From NCBI GenBank assembly GCA_964016885.1, contig OZ024740.1, positions 128,402,001 to 128,466,000 of the forward strand: 64,000 bases of DNA, in the 5' to 3' direction. The translations under genes were made by a program, and so were the position numbers. Source of the DNA: Eledone cirrhosa (Eukaryota). Of this stretch, positions 51,291 to 64,000 are shown one piece after another. The number at the start of each line of letters is the position of its first letter. The stretch's first letter is position 1. The notes under the pieces were generated by a model, which worked only from the letters and a program-made list of their open reading frames with translations, did no database searches and was not told the origin of the DNA.

Positions 51291-52641
51291 AGCAACAGCA
51301 GTAGAAGGAACAGCAGTGATGGTAGCAGCAGTGATGGTGCTGGTGATAGCAGTTATAATAGTAGATGTGATGTATGTGATTGATATTTTGATAGTGTCTG
51401 CAATAGTTATTGTTATGGTCATGTTTCTGTTGTGATGGTAGTGATTGTAGTAATATTCTTCTGACTCTATTGATTGTCATGTTGCTGATGAGGCTAGTTA
51501 CAGTGGTTTGCAATAATGGTTTTCATGTTGATGGTTTTAACTGTCAGTAGCACCAGTGAGGGTGAAGCCAATCCCTTGGTCTTTTTTGAATAGTAGTGGT
51601 AGTGGTAGTAGTAATAGCAGTAGTAGTAGTAGTGGTGTCGGTGCTGGTGGTGGTGGTTGTGGTTGTGGTTGTGGTGGTATCAGTGATTTTTAGAGCTTAA
51701 GAAAGTATAAGTGAAGCTAATAAGGATGGATTATTGAATATTAGGAACAAAGTGGCTTGCTGGAAGCATTAGTAGAGCTAGAAGCAATAATAATGATAAT
51801 AATCATAATAATAATAATAATAATAATAAAATGGGATAGAATTAATGGGAATGCATTTGGAGAGAAAAAGGAAAATGTGGGAGTAAAGAAAAGAAACAAT
51901 TATGATTTCCGCTGAATTTCTTGGTCTTAATTGATGCCGAATAACAGTGAAGGAAATATGTCTTTTCCTATCATTGCAAAAATTGAAGAATAATGGGCGT
52001 GGGAGTGGAGGGAGGGTGAAGAGAAAGTGAGAGAGAAATGGTGCATGGGAGGGAGAGTTAGAAGAATGCAACCAAGCTATAAGAATGGGTAAGCTTGTTG
52101 AAATTAAGCCTTGACTGTTGTCAAAAGAAACTAGAAAGTAGTGTAGAAATGTGAGAGGGAGTGAGAGAGGAGGATTTTCAAATTGGCTTAGTGGATCTTG
52201 CTTTGTGTTTTGGGCAAGCTCAAAAATAAAAGAAACTATGATTGGTAAGATGTTAAATTCCCTGGAGTGAACAAAGAGATATTCGAAATTCAAGGACATA
52301 TGTTGAATGGGGACTAAAGACAAGTAATACTACATGGCTGGAAAGAGTGGAGAGGGTGGGTGGCTTAGATGGAATACAAGATCAGTGAAGAGGAAAGTAT
52401 AAAGAGAACAAAAGGGAAGAAAAAGAATGTACAAAGAACAAAGGAAAAAAAATAAATTAGAATATGTGAATGGCAGTCAAATTAGTAACAAAGAGATTTT
52501 TCAAAAAATATTTTTGATTTTAGAAGCAATGCAGCTCAATTTCAATCAGAAGGAAGCCTCTGTGCATTTCCATGACTTGCTAGAAATAGCAGCTAAATAC
52601 TTCTCAAATAATATTCTACTATCTTTGAATAAGGAAGGACA

Positions 52642-53420
52642 TCTATATATATAAAACTGTGGTTGTCTGTCTGTCTATCGATTTTTGGCACACATCTCCT
52701 CTTAGAATCTCTTACGGAATTGCACCGAAATTGCTATACTTGTACATTGAGCCCTAGCGAAGACATCGGAAAAAAAAATATTTCAAATTGACCCACCCTA
52801 TGTGACGAAATCGAATATAATGTATCGATTTTTGAGCGTAAGTTATCAGTTATTTCCCTTTGTTCTGTTTACATTGAGCGTCTTACGTAAAAAATTACGC
52901 TGGCTTTCTCAGCGTTTAAAATGACATTAACACAATACACGAACAGTTGTCGAGCCAGCAAAATATTGACCTGCAAAATTCATCAGTTCGAACACTAAGC
53001 TTCCGTTTTGCTTCATTTCCATTTAAAAGCATTTTAAAACAATATTTTTACTTGAAAACAAGTCTATTTAAAGACTACGTAAAACAAGCAAATATTTCAG
53101 GCGTGCAGACAGACATAACTGATAATTTGGTTACGCTAATGTTTTTCTCTGCGTTGCAGTGTTTACATTTTCGATCTTTGTTAATAAATAACCAGTGCAG
53201 TTTTTATCCCCAGCATCCTCTTTTGTTATAACATTCGGGTTATCGTTATGTTTTCTTAACTTCATAAGGCATATTGTTGGTTGAGGGAATATTAATCAAA
53301 AACACCACATGCAAGTCTGCACAGTAGACACTACAGTTTTTAAGCCAAAAAAAAAACTTAACATTGTAACTTTAACACAGCTACTGAGCGACCCCGAGCA
53401 ATGCCGGGCTTTACTGCTAG
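52642..53420 (+). mobile_element. Non-autonomous Helitron
   Basis: 5' A|TC start, subterminal hairpin CCCGAGCAATGCCGGG (53393-53408), CTAG|T end, no TSD. Confidence 0.8.
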
Positions 53421-53689
53421 TATTAGATAAAAATAGTTCTAGATACCTCTAAAATGATCATAAATGAAATGCCTTTTAATATATATATATACGAATGCCC
53501 TTCCGATTGATTACTAAATTTCTCTTGATTTGTTTTTTACCAAAAAAGGAAAAAAAAAAAATCTGCTTATTAATCTGTTATGTTGCTGGATTCTGTTTAT
53601 ATGAAATATAAATAAAATGATTACCTGCATTCACAATACTAGATATGAAGCAAAACAAAGAGACAGAGAAAAACAAACTCTCTCTCTCT

Positions 53690-53751
<62 letters not shown>

Positions 53752-54049
53752 CACACACACACAATCATGCACAGGAATATGTTTGGCTTCATACTGTTTT
53801 ATTTGCCAAATTCACTCACAATTCATTGGTCTGTCCAAGGCTATAATCGACAACACTTATGAACGAAGCTATGAAGTAGGATAGAAAACTTGACAAGGTG
53901 ATTGTAAAATGAAATTCTTAATTATACAACCAAGCCAGAGTAAAATTTTAGACTAAGAGCAGCTTTTATTAATATTATTACTAAATATCTAAAACGATCG
54001 TCATGAATATGCCCAACATATCCTTATGTAGGATGAGCTGAATGCTTCA

Positions 54050-54530
54050 TAAAACTAGTTGATAGCTTCTGGTACCTGGATGACTCCATTAAAGGAGGGT
54101 GCTCTGAAAGGATAGTAGTTAAAATAAGAATAGTATGGAAAATGTTCAAGGAGCTGCTACCTCTGTTGACAACAAAAGTTTTTCTCTATGAATAAGAGGC
54201 ATGCTGCATGATGTTTGTGTGTGATGTGTGATGTATGGGAATGAAACATGGGCAGAAAATAGAGAGGATATGGGAAGGGCAGAGAGAAATTAAGCAAGTA
54301 TGATTTGATTGATTTGTGATGCAAATATACATAAGCAGCAAAACATAGATGAGTTGAGAGAGAAACTGGGTATATGAAGAATTAAATATAGTGCATAAGA
54401 AAGAAGACTGTACTTGTTTGTGCATATGATATGTATGGAATGTGGTTCTTAGGAAAATAATTACCAGGAAATCCCAGTGGAAGGAATTTGCAGTAGAGGA
54501 AGACCTAGAAAGAACTGGGCAGAATTTGCT
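54050..54530 (+). mobile_element. Degenerate RTE LINE 3' fragment
   Basis: VDSFWYL..GGCSE..WKMFKELLPLL..GRPRKNW. Confidence 0.7.
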
Positions 54531-57500
54531 ACATGAGATGATGCAGTAGTGAAACGTATGGATGTGATGGAAAAAAATGCCCCCACATCCTAAAGAGGGT
54601 TATGGTGATGTTGAACATTTTACTTTCAATCTTCAATCTTGCTGTAAAATGAATATAAACTTGAATACATTTTATATTGCCCTACATGCAGAAACATATT
54701 AGGATCGCTTTAACTAGTTTTATTTCTACTATGACATTTCTTGTAGAACAGGTACTCTCATTTTCTGCTCATAGAGAGATCGAGCACTTATACTTATTTA
54801 TATGAATTGCAAACCAGGATGCAACTGAAATAGCCAGTCTAACCTGTATAGTCATGCCTTCATTGACAATATGGTAAATCAATTAGTTGATTATGTTATG
54901 CTCAACACAGCATGAAGGTAATAATTTAAAAATTGTATATCTATATTAAAAACCTCTGCACATATTCGACATACATCTCTTTTTCTACTTTTTTTTCACT
55001 TTTGTTTTTACTACTTTCTCAGAGAGGAAAGTTCAATATCCATGATCCCTTTTAGGGCCTTGAAGACTGGTTGAAGCTATCCCAGACTGGAAATGTGATA
55101 TATATGCTTGCAAGAGAATGGATTTCCCTAAAGGCACCTATAACACATCCCACCATACCACCTTAAAAAAAAGAAGATATTGGATAATGTATTTTGAGAT
55201 ACACTATGTGTGAAAAGAAAAAAACACAGGATGTTCATGATTATAAAACCTAAGGCTAAAACTACAAGAATAACAACATCTGTTTTACAGACCAACTATC
55301 TTCATGCTATTCCTGTTTAAATATCTCCTTCACAATTTACCGCTCTTTCTCTCTATCCCTGTTATTATCTCTTTTTAATGACTGTTTCTTATTACCTCTT
55401 TCTCGCTCAGCATGATAAACCTCATAACTTATATTTTCAAGAGATCTTCCAGTTTTTAAAACATTGAAACCATGTTTTCTTAGTACTTCTTTTGCAGTAC
55501 ATATTTCCTGACAACTTGGTATTTTAATCCTCAAATTATCCTATAGCAGAATTGAATTAATGAGCTTCTAAGCAGTAAGTCAATCAACTAAAAGTAGCTG
55601 ACAAATGATTCTCTAGTTGCATCCTACCATCTTAAAAATAGTAACATTGCCCAACGTTAGTCCTCTGTATAGAAATAGACAAAATGGTCATGGTAGGAAT
55701 GTTTCTAATTATAAGTTTACTGATCTGAGACTAAGGTCAGTTTTAAACCTATTATTGATTCAAAATGATATCTTTTGAACCAATGATGATTGTGTGATAT
55801 GCTAAAGTTAATAGCTAAAGGTTACCCAAATAGTTGTCTATCATCTTTGAAAAAGGGTGGAAACATTGAATAATTTAGCCCAGGACAACCTATATCAGAA
55901 AGAAAGATGCAATAATCATAGTTGGAAAGCTTTTCCTTAAAGTTCTATTTGATCAGGGTTTATTTATCTAAACTATAAAGAGATATGTATTAAAATAATA
56001 GCTCTACTTACATATACTGTTTTATAAAATTTCATATAACTGATGTTTGGAATCTAGTGGCTGAATATATTACATAAACGCAATTGAGAACACTTCTGCC
56101 ACCCCTATCATTACTCTGTAAAATTATTGAATTAGTGTTTTCAATTGTAGCAGAATATTTAGATAGTTTGATCTTTGATAACCCAACTAAAAGTTGAACA
56201 TGAGACTACAAACATGGGTATTAAAAGTTACTCTGTTCCATTTCGTATATACACAAAATTCCCAAAGAAAGATAATATTTAGGTTTAGTACCATCACTGA
56301 AGACAAGCTCTTGGAGCGCTACTCCACTAACCTAATTTTAATACAATGTTGTAGACATTTTATTTCATATTATTGCTACATTTGTTAAAGCATGAAGGAT
56401 ATAAATCTAACCTCTATTCTCTTCAAAGTAAGAAAGCTAACCAGATATCTATGAATACCAATATATCAACACATACAATAAGTAGATGTTTATATTCGTA
56501 TATCTGCTGTGTCTGAAATAATTAAATATTTTATGTTACATATATTTGTTTATACAAATATTATTTGACTTTCACTGTAATTACTTTTACTTTCTATTTT
56601 CAACTAATCACAAAATGTTTTAATTTGTCTTTTAGAGTCTTCAATCATTTTGAAATTTTGTTAAATTTCAGTCAAAATAACTAAATGTTCTTCTCCCCCA
56701 TGCTATACTTCCCCACATTCACACCATTTTCCAGCATCTTCAACTAGAATTTAATCATTATCATTTAGATTACATCAATTTATCAAATGATCAAAATGTA
56801 ATTCAAATTTCATCTCTATATCTTTTTTCAGTTATGAGTGATATGTTGATGCATTGCCTTTTTACTTCAGAAAATTTGAACAAGCTAACTCATTTTCATG
56901 CAAAGGAAAATTTATATAATATATCTTATTGCCTGTGCTATTGTTGGTATTTAGCCCAAAGTCAGTTCAGATGGAACAGAATTATGATCAAAAGTTTTTC
57001 CAAACAAGATCAAATTATCATATACATATCAGAGACTAAATTGCTAATATTTTCATTCTTTTTTAAAGCAGTAGGGTATGATTTGAAGCAGATTTGGCTG
57101 TTATTGCTAAAACATTGAACAGAAATTTACAGCTCAATTTTGATGTGTGTGCCTCATTGTAGTGATGTAGTGTGTCTATAGGTACACTACAATAATGATC
57201 AAATGTGGACTTAGATATCATCTATCCAATTTTACAAAGTATTACTGATCTGTATTGATGACATCTGAAACACTGGCTTGGCACTCTGTGAGCTTAGTTT
57301 TTTACATTGCTTTGATTATATATAAAACTCAACACTACTACAATAACCCCACTGCCACTCGTCTTGACACACCATATTTGAGAAAACAGTATTGCTACTC
57401 ATACAAACATTCTAGTCCACAGTCCCTGGTCATGAATCACCCATGAACAGTGCAGAACAGAGAGATGTAATGTGCTACTCACAGTTACTACTAATACTAC

Positions 57501-57859
57501 ATTGGCATCTACTGTATAAGTGAACAATATATCTACATCCTTCATCCAGGTCCACCATTTATACTGCTATTGTGTCTCACTCCAAACATCATGTGTTTCT
57601 GTATCTATCCTTAAAAAGACAGTGGCTTTTTAGAAAACACTCCCACCATCTGCTTTTCCATGGGAGATCAAAATGCAGGAATTCAAGCTGAACATCATCC
57701 TAATGTACCGAAAATGTCTACTACATACATATATATGAGTTTCATTCTATTTAGCAGCTGCTGGTCACATTTTTCCATCTATAGGGGTATTTCATCTGAA
57801 TTTCTAAGCTAGCAGTCAAACGTGATTATAGCTATTTTCTGCATTTGGAATTTCTATAT

Positions 57860-58043
<184 letters not shown>

Positions 58044-58306
58044 GATTCATAGAAACCTATCGGAAGTATTGCATAATATCGTCCGAGATGGTCCGGGTTT
58101 GTTATCTAGCCTGATTATTTGTTTTCTTTGCTTTGGTATTATGTGGCTAGGCTTGCCTGCCGCAGTTTTCAATTTGTCAAGCTTATCTAACGTATGTTAT
58201 TACTCTAAGGTGACACAACCTTATTGAGTGCTTTGCTGCACATTCCTAATTGTATATCGTTAGCTTGGCCACAGCCGAAACTTCAATTTTACTAAACTTC
58301 AATTTG

Positions 58307-58392
<86 letters not shown>

Positions 58393-59615
58393 TCGTGTCG
58401 TCTTGAGTTCGTTATGAGTCTCTTTTTTATAAAAGGATGCCACAGAGTGTACGATAGATAATGATTACAATATTTTTGAGCAACAAATCTAGTCCCACAC
58501 TTTTGAAGGTTTATTATAACAATCTCTGGCTCTTTTGAGCTTGCACATTTTTCAGGTCTAGTTTAATATTTTTTTAAGGCAACGCTTGTAATAACTCTAG
58601 TTAAACATGATATATATTAATAATAAATTATCGTTGTAATGTAATTAGATTATATAACTGTTATTTTATAAATGATCTTATATGATGTATAAAAATATTT
58701 TCAGACTTTTAATATAAACAACTACAAAAAACAATCAATATTAAATAAATATATTTTACATAATAATTGTTATAGTTGAATTAATAAAAATTAAATATTA
58801 CATACAAATAGTCTAACATAATAATAAAAAAATAATCTAACATAATAATAATAAAATAATCTAACATAAAACGAACAATAATATGGACAAATTTAAAAGT
58901 AAATATGATACAACCAATATTATAAGCATGTTATAACGAACTGAAAAAATAGTTAATATAAATTGAAAAAATCATATATAAATTAACAATACAACTTACC
59001 AAAACGAGAAAAATATCTTGATGATAAAAGACGAAATACAGGAGGAAGATTGAAAAGCGAAACGATAAATAAACGTGCAAACAAAGTGGCCGAAGCTTTT
59101 GAGCAACAATTACTCTCATTGGTTGATTAGCCAATAAGACGATACATTACAAAAGATGTTTGGCAGGGATCACCACGGCCAGCGAAACCCCTTGAATTTT
59201 TTTATTCACAAGCTATGCATATATGTCAGACACGCAGAATTAAAACATTCTGTTGTTAGTCACTGCGTGTCTAACAGATTAATGCGATAATATCAACATT
59301 TTGACAATTTAGAAGGAAGTGAATGAAAATAAATTTATTTTTAAATTTTGTTTTCAAGTATCCAAAAAATGCTTTGTTTAATATCTCATGCTTGCATTGA
59401 TGTTTTGCATTCATCTTAACTATCACATTCACTCTGATAGCCAATGAAATTAGTCATGCAAATTCTAAGTTGAAGGATAACAAATTGTCCTATTTTTTAA
59501 ACTTTCCCCACTGGAAATGTGAAACGATGGGGAAGATGAATGAATAAATAAAAAATACTAAATATATATATAAACTACTTGTTTGTATTATATTTTTTGT
59601 TTGTTTGGTAACACA

Positions 59616-59695
<80 letters not shown>

Positions 59696-60098
59696 TTAAT
59701 CCAAGCAAACAAATAAACGTGGTGTCATCAGGCATAAGCACTCCACGTTATAAGTATTCATAAGGTATTGCATATATGGTATCATACATATTATCAATAT
59801 TAATTAAGAAGAAGAGAAATGATTACAAAATCCACTCCAATTCCTTGAATTACATCAAATAAAAGTATCTTTATGTAAGAGATATTTAATGCGTTTCGTT
59901 AGCTATATAAATAACGTTTTCATTTTTGGTTTTGATATGCCCACTGATAAAGGGATGTTGTTCATTCACATTACAAGTCATATGTTACATCATGCTGGTA
60001 TTGGTTAGCTATAGATAGAGGAGTTGAAGCTACTATCTTGCTTCTGACAAAATCCACTGGAAGGTGATTGAGGACTCTACTCCAATGACCCTCCCTTC

Positions 60099-60129
<31 letters not shown>

Positions 60130-60599
60130 GGAATTCCTTGTTCAATAATTATTTCTATGTTGCATTATACTGACTATCCCCCAAAACATTTTACACCATA
60201 TATATAAGTTTATTTTATGAAATTGTAGTTACCAATGATAGATCCAATGCAACTGCTACTCTCTTGTGAAGACAATTAGTGTTTTTGTTTTGTTATTTAT
60301 CACTGGTGTTAATAGTTACTACAGTTTTGTGTGGCACCTGTAAGGATTGATTTATCATAATCAACCTATGCATCACAGGCATGTGTCAAGCTTCATAAAT
60401 TACATTAAACTGCTGCCAGATTTTATTAATATTTCAGAATTAATTTATTGTTCATTGAATGTGGGTGTTCATCATTATAATCATCATCATCATCATCATT
60501 GTCACTATAATCACCACCATCTTCCTCATCACCGTCCTGATCATGTCGGCCCTTGTGGCTAATAAATGAAATCATTATTATTATTATCATTATTATTAT

Positions 60600-60800
60600 G
60601 GCGGTGGATTGGCAGTATCGGTGGTGGGTCGGACGCCATGCTTTGACGCATAGAGTTATGGCCGTTATCATTCTGATTTCAAATCCGCCGAGGTTGACTT
60701 TGCCTTTCGTCCTTGCGGGGTCGATAAAATAAAGTACCAGTAATGTACTGGGTAATTGCTGGCCTTGTGCCAATGGTAGAAACAATTATTATCATTATTA

Positions 60801-60846
<46 letters not shown>
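60600..60846 (+). mobile_element. Near full-length tRNA-head Meta-domain-like SINE
   Basis: GGCGGTGGATTGGCAGTATCGG head, TTCAAATCC box, CTTTGCCTTTCGTCCTTGCGGGGTCGATAAAATAAAGTACCAG core, (ATT)n tail. Confidence 0.8.
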
Positions 60847-60849
60847 TGA

Positions 60850-63800
60850 ACGCACATGTATGAAGACGTACAAGTCTGCGGGGGAAAAGGTTCGTAACTT
60901 TAAGCTGTTTTAAAGTATCAATTTTTGTATTTTCTTGTCGTTAACGAAACATAACGTACTCGCCTTGGTTTCAAGGAAGGGAGACCTCACAATATTCGGG
61001 CTTTAAGCCCGAATATTCAGATTTATTTTTAAAAACTTCGAAAAAAATCGCTTCCCCACAAAAAAGATGGAAATTTTCGACCTTGAAACGGTAAACAACG
61101 TTCAGGTCAAAAGTTCAAAAGCAGCCACTGTAGATCTCACCACAACTACGACTACTACAGACATGTCTGTCGTCCATTCCACTGAATGTGCAGGCAAAAC
61201 TCAAAAGCTGCCATCACAACCGCTCCCTTCTATGTTAGGAGCAGTATCATCTGAAAACGACATCATCACCACCACCACAACAACAACAACAACAATCAAA
61301 ACAACAACACCAACAACAGCAAGAACGACAACATCAATAACAAGAGCAACAGAGGCTGCATCAGCAGCAAAAACAAAGCGCTTATTGAATATTGATATTA
61401 GCGATAAAGACGAACAGTTGGCCCAGGCGTGGAGGTTAAGTCCTGGGCAAACTTGACCAACCCGGAGGGGGCAATAGCGGCTATGCAAAGGAGGACGGTG
61501 TACTTTCGATGCATTTCGGTGCAGACACGCAAAGTGGAACTTGCCAGCCAAGCAGAGGTGGAGGCTGCTTTGGAGTGCATTGGAAGTGACATAGAGTATA
61601 GAGCAAGGACCAAACATTTCGGTACCATCTCAGTACTGTTCAAAACCGAGGCCCTTGCTGTTAAGCACTCGGTGACCCCCTGCAGAACGGAACGCATTAT
61701 CATGCACCCGTCCTACATAAAGGAGAGTAAAGGTCCGCATACTCAGCATCCCACCAGGAATGAACATATGGTGGCTCCTGGGATGCCTAATCGAGGAAGG
61801 GACAGACACTACCCTCCTGCATAATAAAAGAACAGAGAGAGAGGACTGGTCCGGAATGGAATTGGAGATTCTTCTCCAAATGAAACCGGAGGACATGAAC
61901 AACATTCCGGATTTTTCCCGCCTACAGGACGGGACAATAATCCAACTAATCACTGAGGTAAGAAGACCGCACTGCTTCGTCTGCGGAGAAGCAACGCATC
62001 TGCAAGCCTTCTGCCCTCAGCGCAAAAATGCAGGGGGTCGCAAACCTCCTTTGTTGCCAACGCCAGTGTCAGCACGAAAAGCTGCACTACCACCACCAAA
62101 AACAACACCAACAAAGACACGGACATCAACATCAAAAACAGCCGGACCACCACCGAAACCAATCCAAGGGGAAAACGAGGAAAGCTCTCCCACTCCCCCT
62201 ATCCTCCCAATTATACACATAGACAAAACAATAAACGCACACACAGACACAGAGACACTCACAGCCACAGACCCTTTGTCTTCCAGCAGCGAAGATGAAG
62301 GAAAACCCAAAAGGGCAAAAAAAACCCAGAGAAAACTCACCAGAAAAAATCCCCAATAAAACACAAAAACATACACAACAAAAAATACAGACATCACTAA
62401 GCAAACACTTCCCCAATAACATCAGCACCAACAGCAACATCGACACCACCCCAACAATCCCCGAAACGCAAACAACCTAAACAAATAGAAGTACAAATAA
62501 ACACACAAATACCCGAAACAACACCACCACAGTCACCAAAACGAAAACAAATAAAACCAGACCAACAAAATGTTAAAAACTTCGTGCTTGTCAGAAGGGC
62601 CAACGATAAACTGATGGTCCTCTTAGCACGAAGCGAGGACATTCATGCAGAGGGGGAGATCTTTAAAATGAGCACATTTTGCGTGCCAGAAGATTTGCTT
62701 CTGGTCCGAATGTCACTCGATTCCTTCAAAGAAATTCGGGAGAGCTTTCTTCAGGACTAGGGAACCCCGAATGTGAAACCCACATCGAGACTTTTAAAGG
62801 GGTTCCCAAAAGAAACCCTACCAACCATGGAGGTCGAACCACCCGACCTCCACAAGACCCCGGGCCATATTAAGAGTAGGAAGTTTAAATGTTCGCTGCC
62901 TTTGGTCACCCTGGAAGCAGGGTCACCTGCTCAACGAGCTCAGGTCGCTGGAAATGGATGTGATTGTCGTCAGCGAGACCAGAATTTCCGACATGCGCGC
63001 ACTAGCCCCCATTTTCGACCACTATCAGATCTTCGCATCTGTTAGCAGGCCGGGAATGGGAGGTGGGGTGGCAGTGCTGTTTAGGAAAGGACTGGATCTC
63101 GAGGTAATGTCGATCTTCCGGGACCCGGACGGTAAGTTGGTGGTCTTGGATGTGAGCAGTAGCGAAGGTGGTGCCTTTGGACTGCTGGCCGTCTACGCCC
63201 CTACAGGCGCCGGACGACTGGACTGCTTTAGGCGCCTGGAGACCTTTCTGGGTACTTCTCGCCCTTTACTGTTAGCGGGGGACGATCACAGCATTTTAGA
63301 CGCACGCTGAGATTGTGTGGGAGTAACTGATAGGAGCGGGGGGTGCAAAAGCCTCAAGCACCTAATCAGCCAGTTCCAACTGTCTGACAGGTATCGACTA
63401 GATTTCCCCAATGCGCCAGTATGGACATGGACCAACCGCATGGGGTCATCTAGATCGTATATAGACAGATCACAATTTTGTGATCTGTATGGTCGACCTA
63501 AATAAAACGCGTAGGTTGGGACTGGGTTACTGGAAGCTGAACATGTCATTTCTGGCACGTAAGGCTTACAGGAACCGAGTCAACAATTTAGTTAAGCAAA
63601 AGTTGACAGGAGGGTTCATCAACAATAGATTGTGGGTGGCTCTCAAAAGAGAGGCTAGTGTAACTTCAATAGAGTTCAGCAAAGAACTAGGGTTAGAGAA
63701 AAATAGAAAAGAGGGGGAGCTGGTAGATAAGTTAGACGAGGCTATTTGTAGTGGCATTGCAACAGACGTGCTATCGGCGAGAATGGCATTAGACCATTTC

Positions 63801-64000
63801 TTCAATGCGAAACACGAAGGTTGCATTGTCAGAGCTAAGGCGCGTGCGCTGAGTAACGAGGGAAACAAAGCTGTTCGATGGGCCTGCGTGGCGGAGGCGC
63901 AGCGTGGTAATAAAACCACAATTCGGTCTTTGGCGAACCGATCCGGTCACGAGATAAGCGATTCCAAGCGAATGTGTGAGTCCTTTCGCCAGTACTTTGC
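60850..64000 (+). mobile_element. Tx1/L1-clade LINE, 5' portion, running off the window
   Basis: Frameshifted ORF1 with CCHC knuckle CFVCGEATHLQAFC; ORF2 APE from ~62867: VGSLNVRCL, VSET, GGGVAVLF, AVYAP, AGDD, WTW..SYID. Confidence 0.85.
61067..62359 (+). pseudogene. LINE ORF1 (gag-like zinc knuckle), split over three frames
   Basis: Overlapping ORFs 61067-61456, 61429-61824, 61760-62359; CX2CX4HX4C motif. Confidence 0.7.

Noticed and set aside
51037-51513. Hydrophobic V-rich and T-rich ORFs resembling membrane or mucin proteins
   Set aside because: Degenerate (GTA/GTG/GAT)n repeats
59040-59200. CpG-richer patch with ATTGG/CCAAT boxes as a promoter
   Set aside because: Short motifs only; no linked gene evidence
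59885-59930. Minus-strand GTTA/TAAC-GAAACGC hammerhead half
   Set aside because: CUGANGA core not recoverable
60600-60690. Possible tRNA gene
   Set aside because: A/B-box-like head runs into SINE body; no full cloverleaf

Overview
AT-rich, microsatellite-dense animal genomic DNA, most likely cephalopod/Octopus. That assignment is inferred from SINE and LINE types and was not verified by search. No host protein-coding gene can be supported. The window is almost entirely retroelement-derived: RTE-clade LINE copies, three stacked R4/Dong-like RLE LINEs, a decayed Penelope-like element (PLE; RT + GIY-YIG), a Tx1/L1-like LINE at the right edge, Meta-domain-like SINEs, several MITEs and a non-autonomous Helitron. 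The main unexplained signal is a set of small non-coding elements, usually flanked by (TA)n, that carry minimal type-I hammerhead ribozyme (HHR) folds: 11 motifs in about 5 sequence families, folded by eye. Several are built as long fold-back inverted repeats with a one-sided 3' tail, including a 255-bp-arm palindrome with a 3-nt loop. One is a 353-nt unit with terminal direct repeats and a U3-A8 variant core, resembling an integrated circular-RNA retrozyme. The RTE ORF2 copies also carry a PHD-type Cys/His finger inside the RT domain. All coordinates and folds were read by eye, so boundaries of decayed elements are approximate.
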